Shown piece by piece: positions 49,511 through 64,000 of a stretch of 64,000 nucleotides of DNA. The stretch is from the NCBI RefSeq assembly GCF_011386835.1, contig NC_088807.1:25420001-25484000 (forward strand). Direction: 5' to 3'. The translations under genes were made by a program, and so were the position numbers. Under the pieces are notes generated by a model, which did no database searches, was not told where the DNA came from, and saw nothing but the letters and a program-made list of their open reading frames with translations. The stretch's first letter is position 1, and every line of letters begins with the position of its first letter. Origin of the DNA: Chrysemys picta bellii (lineage: Eukaryota).

Positions 49511-50344
49511 ATCCCCTACAGGCCTCAGGGCACCTGGCCCCAGACACCAGCTGCCCTCTCTCTGCTGTGTCGTGTGCCTTGGGCCTAGCCCAGATTTTGG
49601 GGGGGGGGCGCATTCACACCCGGCTTCCCCAGCCCCCGATGACTGGAGAACGTCCTCTGTCCTTAAAGAAACCGCAAATCGCCCCATTGCTGCCCCAGAG
49701 GTTGGGGGCAAAAAAATGTGGCCCATGGGCCCGGCTAAGGCCCAGAAGCCATGGGAAGGTCTGTAAGCTCTTGTGATGTTAGGACACTAGGGAGGGGGCA
49801 GCTGGAGCATCTCCCCCACTTGGAGGCAGAAAATTATTAAGCCCCCCACACATAAATCTCTTAACTCCAGCTCCAGCCACTTTCGGGCTCCACTTCGCAT
49901 CTCTCTAACTCACCAGCCCCCACTGCCCTCCCAGAGCCAGGGAGAGAACCCAGGCGTCCTGGCTCCCAGCCCCCTCTGCTCTAACCCCCAGCCCCCACTC
50001 CCGTCTCAGAGACAGGGAGAGAACCCAGGAGTCCTGGCTCCCCCCCACGCTCTAACCCACCAGCCCCTACTGCCCTCCCAGAGCCGGGGAGAGAACCCAG
50101 GAGTCCTGGCTCCCAGCCCCCTCTGCTCTAACCCCCAGCCCCCACTCCCGTCTCAGAGACAGGGAGAGAACCCAGGAGTCCTGGCTCCCACACCCCCCAC
50201 CCCAGTTACCCCAGTACCTTGTGTGGCCGGGGTAAGACCTCTTTAGGGGCTGGGGCTGGTGAATGAACACGCCCCCCCCCCCCTTCACAGCCTGTGCCCT
50301 CCTTAACGGAGGCTTTATCATGAGATGACCGATGATTTATTATC

Positions 50345-50535
50345 CGGGGGTAGCCGTGTTAGTCTGTATCTACAGAAACAACAAGGAGTCCGGTGGCACC
50401 TTAAAGACGAACCGATTTATTGGGGCAAACGCTCTCACTTCTTGCACCCGAAGAAGTGGGGTTTTTACCCACGAAAGTTTCTGCCCCAATAAATCGGTTC
50501 GTCTTTAAGGGGCCACCGGACTCCTCGTTGTTTTT
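50345..50535. mobile_element. Palindromic Penelope-like (pseudo-LTR) element fragment with hammerhead-like core
   Basis: 50-bp inverted arms 50378-50427 and 50482-50531 (48/50 complementary). Loop contains CCGAAGA-A-GTGGG..CCCAC-GAAAG. AT-richer than its surroundings. Family assignment is from recollection of reptile PLE termini, not a search. Confidence 0.65.
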
Positions 50536-50649
50536 TGTATGATTTATTAATTACTAGCCCCCTTGGTGCTGGATTGGAGCCAGCGCCCCCTAGAGGGGAA
50601 AGGCCCCGTGTCCCATATCCCGGGGCGGGGGGGGGGGGGGGGGGAGAGA

Positions 50650-50856
50650 TTAGCTGCTCTGGTCTCCGATTGGCCGGCCGGTCTGTCCATCCCCTGCCCC
50701 CCCCCCCCGCCGCCCAGCCTAGCGACGGAGGAGGAGGTGGAAGGTTACCGGGACAGCAAACCCCGTTGCCTTGGCGACCCCCCGTTGCTAGTCCCGGCAG
50801 CATCGGGTACCACTGGGGGGGGGTCGGAGCAGCGCTGGAGGCCGGGGACCCCCAAG
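50650..50856 (+). promoter_or_regulatory. Candidate MAGIX promoter / first non-coding exon
   Basis: Reverse CCAAT (ATTGG 50669-50673), X-box-like GTTGCCTTGGCGAC 50765-50778, strong donor AAG|GTAAGC at 50856/50857. Next acceptor TCGCAG ends at 53916. Confidence 0.4.
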
Positions 50857-53800
50857 GTAAGCCCACATCAGCACAGCCAGCGGAGACGGGGCGGGCAGCA
50901 GGATCAGCTGTTAATTGGATTGTCCCGGCTGGGGGGGGGGATGTAAGGAATGGGGGGGGCTTGGATAGAGGGGGAGGGGTGCATCCTAAGGGCGGGGGGG
51001 GGGTTGGGGTTGGATTTGTGGTGGCCGAACGGATCTTAAGGGACTGGGATGGGGGGGCAGAGGGGACAGATTCAGCTTCCTTCTTTGGAGGGGCTCTGGA
51101 GTGGGGAGACCAGAGCCGCCCCCCCTCCCCGCTGGCTTCTCCCCCTCCCTGCTCATGCCCCCACCCACGAGAGACGTTTCCCCTCCATTCCCCCCATCGG
51201 ATCTAGAACCCACCCCTGTAGACACCCAGCCTCTCTCTAGAACCCCCCTGGCAGAAACAGCCCCAGACGCCTTTAGAATCGTCCCCCTCTGATCTAGAAC
51301 CAGTCCCCACTCTAGAACCAGCATCCCACCTGCCCCAAGGGAGACTTCCCACCCCCTGCGGCTATTTCTGGGTTCCCCCAGATGCTAAAGGGGGAGAGGC
51401 TGGAGTCACCCCTCCCCCTGTTTTCTGGACCCCCCCCTCCTTTAACCAGTCAGATCTAGACTCAGATCTTTTTCCAGAGTCTGTTCTGGACCCACGGCGA
51501 GGCGGGGGCCCCTTTTGCCAGACCCACCTCTCACTACCTCCGACTTCCGCAGTGTTGACCCCTGGGATCTAGACCCCCCCCAATCTTCCTGCCGGGAGCT
51601 GCAAAAACTTCCCCCCACCTGGCACACCTCAGGGCTGGTTCTCCCCCCAGGCTGCCACCCCCGGTCACAGAGGACCCAGGTCTGGGATCTGCCCCAGCCA
51701 GCTCCAGGCTCTGGGGAGCGATTCATTTAACGTGCCAGGCCCCAAGGACCGGCCCAGTCCCACTCGCCCCCGAGCCGGGCTCCAGAAGCCTCCAGAAAGC
51801 CCCAGTTTCCCAGGTGCATCCCCCGTCCTGCCTGCCGGGCTTTCCCGCTGGTGGGAGGTGGGTGGTTGAGTCACGGGGGGGGGGCATCTTGCTCGGACCC
51901 TCTGTCACTTTGGGTTGGCCTTAGCCCGTTCTGCGATGACCCTGGTTATTTCTCCCCCCCACCCCAGGCAGCGAGATGACACCCCTACCCCATGCCTCCC
52001 ACGGGGGGCGAGGAGCAGTCGGAAACCTCTTCCCCGTGCAAAGGCCGGAGGGAAACTGAGGCACGCGGCGGCAAAAGACGACGGCAGCGTCCCCTTTGGT
52101 CCCTGCCCCTTTCGCTGGGGTGGGGCTGGGGGGCGGAAACGACCCACCTGATCCATCGCGATGCCTGTGGGCTAGCACCAGGCAGCTGCGCCGGCCCAGT
52201 CGAGCTGCCTTGGGGCCTCGGAGGAGAGCAGGGTCTTCCGGCAGGGACCCCTTCTGGGGCGAACGCCCTCTCTCCGTACCAGCCGGCCTGCCCTGGCTCC
52301 CCCCCAGCCGCAGCCAGGTAACATCACCAGCTACTCAGAGCCTGGGTAGGGGACGAACCATCCCCCCGCCATCAAGAGTCCCAGGCAGGAGACATTTCTA
52401 GCTCACATCCCCAGCAAACTGGGTTCTAGAGTTCCTGGATCCCCGCTGGGTTCTCGGGGAAAGGAGGCTTTTCCAGATACCCAGTGGGCCCTAGAACTAG
52501 GGGGCTTTTCCCAGCTCCCCAGGGGGTTCTGGCATAACGAAGGCCTTTCCAGACCCACAGTGGGGTCTTGAGTAATGGAGGCTTTTCTAGATACTCTGTG
52601 GGTTCTGGAGTAACAGAGACTTTTCTAGACTCTCTGTGGGTTCTGGAGTAACAGAGGCTGTTCTAGACCCTCCATGGGTTCTTGAATAACCGGGACTTTT
52701 CCAGGCCCTCCATGGGATCTAGAGTGGCTGAGGCGTTTCCAGCTATCCAGTGGAGCCCAGAGTTACGGAGCTGTTTGCTAGATCCCCAGTGGGTTCTAGA
52801 GTGACAGAGGTCTCTCTGGATCCCACCAGGGTTCTAGAACAACAGGGCTCTAGGTTTCCTCCTTGCCTTTGAGAGTGATGGAGCATTTCCCTGTGGTTGC
52901 CCCGCGTCTCTCCCTCTCGCTCCAGGAGCTGCTGCGGCCCCTTCGTGACTCGGTTCCCCAGGCCCGCTCGCCCCGGGGGTTCCCCTTCTGCAGGGGGGGA
53001 CCTTCATACCCCCTGCCCGTAGCAATACCCCCCCTGCTGTGGCTGGTAGGGGGCCCTGCCCCCTGCATCTCCCCATCTTACTGCCCCCTCCAGACTCCTT
53101 CCTGCCAGGCTCCTTCCCGCCCCCGGTCCCTCACAGCTGCACCTTCTTCTGATTTGCTGCCTCCAGCTGACGTCCCTCCCGTTTGCCGCCTAATTGGCTG
53201 ATCGGGCTAATCCAGCCCTCCCAGGGCCAATGTGGGGAGGACGCCCCAGCACCCAGGGGGGCTTGAGCCTAGATCCATGTTCTAGATCCCCAGAGTGCTC
53301 GAGCCCAGCCCTGGCTCCTCAAGTGGTTCTAGAGTAACAGGGGGAGCTCTAGATCTCCGCCAGTCCCTACACCCCGGGATCTAGCTCCCCCTGGGGTTCT
53401 AGAAGGGGGCGTTCTAGAGCCCAGCACGTTCTAGAGCCCAGAGGATCTGAGAGATGGGCGGAGGGGGAGCCCAGGGGGCTGCGGGTCAGGAGTGAGGAGC
53501 ATTTCCCCCCCCCGGCTGGTTCTGTGGGGCACGGCCGCCCTCCTCGGCTGAAGGGCACCTCGGGGCCAGGGCTAAATGTCACCAGCGTCTGGACCCAGGT
53601 GATTGAGGAGCTCGAGTCCCCCCTCCACGCCAGAGTGACTCTAGGGGGGACAGGAGAGAGGAGACATATGGGGTTGAGGGGGCACGGTGGGGCAGGGAGT
53701 GGGCACGGGGCACTCTCCCCTGGCAGTCAGGGCCGGGCACTGCAGGGGACAGGGTGGGGGGCTGGGCAGGGGGGCGCTCTCCCCTGGCAGTCAGGGCCGG

Positions 53801-53997
53801 GCTCTGGGGGGGTGCCGTGCTTCAGGCTGTTTCTGTGCTGCTGTTACCTACCTGCCTCACCCCAGAAGTGGCTGCATCTGACGATATTTCAACTCTCCTG
53901 TTCTCTCTCCTCGCAGGGCTGAGGCAGCCAGGCCCCGGGGGTCACGGGATTTCCCTCCCCAGCAGGCAGAGACCCCGGTCTGGGCCCCGACTGCACC

Positions 53998-64000
<10,003 letters not shown>

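Overview
Very GC-rich vertebrate genomic DNA, most likely a turtle microchromosome (inferred from repeat families and gene set). It carries homologues of human Xp11 genes: GPKOW, HSD17B10, RIBC1, SMC1A and MAGIX. Bases 1-20729 are an inverted near-copy of 27192-46937, with a 500-N gap at 20730-21229. Copy B (GPKOW, HSD17B10, RIBC1 complete; SMC1A exons 1-14) splices cleanly. Copy A has intact HSD17B10 and RIBC1 but frameshifts in GPKOW and SMC1A that become denser toward the gap, while its SMC1A/HSD17B10 substitutions are synonymous. This best fits an unpurged alternate haplotype or misjoin rather than a real palindrome. A second 500-N gap (62388-62887) is flanked by a direct overlap. Most striking non-coding signals: about 45 same-orientation CTCF core motifs in a 47-bp tandem array in a MAGIX intron; a hairpin element enclosing a hammerhead-ribozyme-like core (Penelope-like); a periodic octamer array plus BANP-type and RFX-type sites in the SMC1A/RIBC1 bidirectional promoter; a ZNF143/THAP11-type motif array at the GPKOW promoter; and tRNA/MIR-SINE heads amplified as minisatellites. 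All calls are by eye, with no database searches run.
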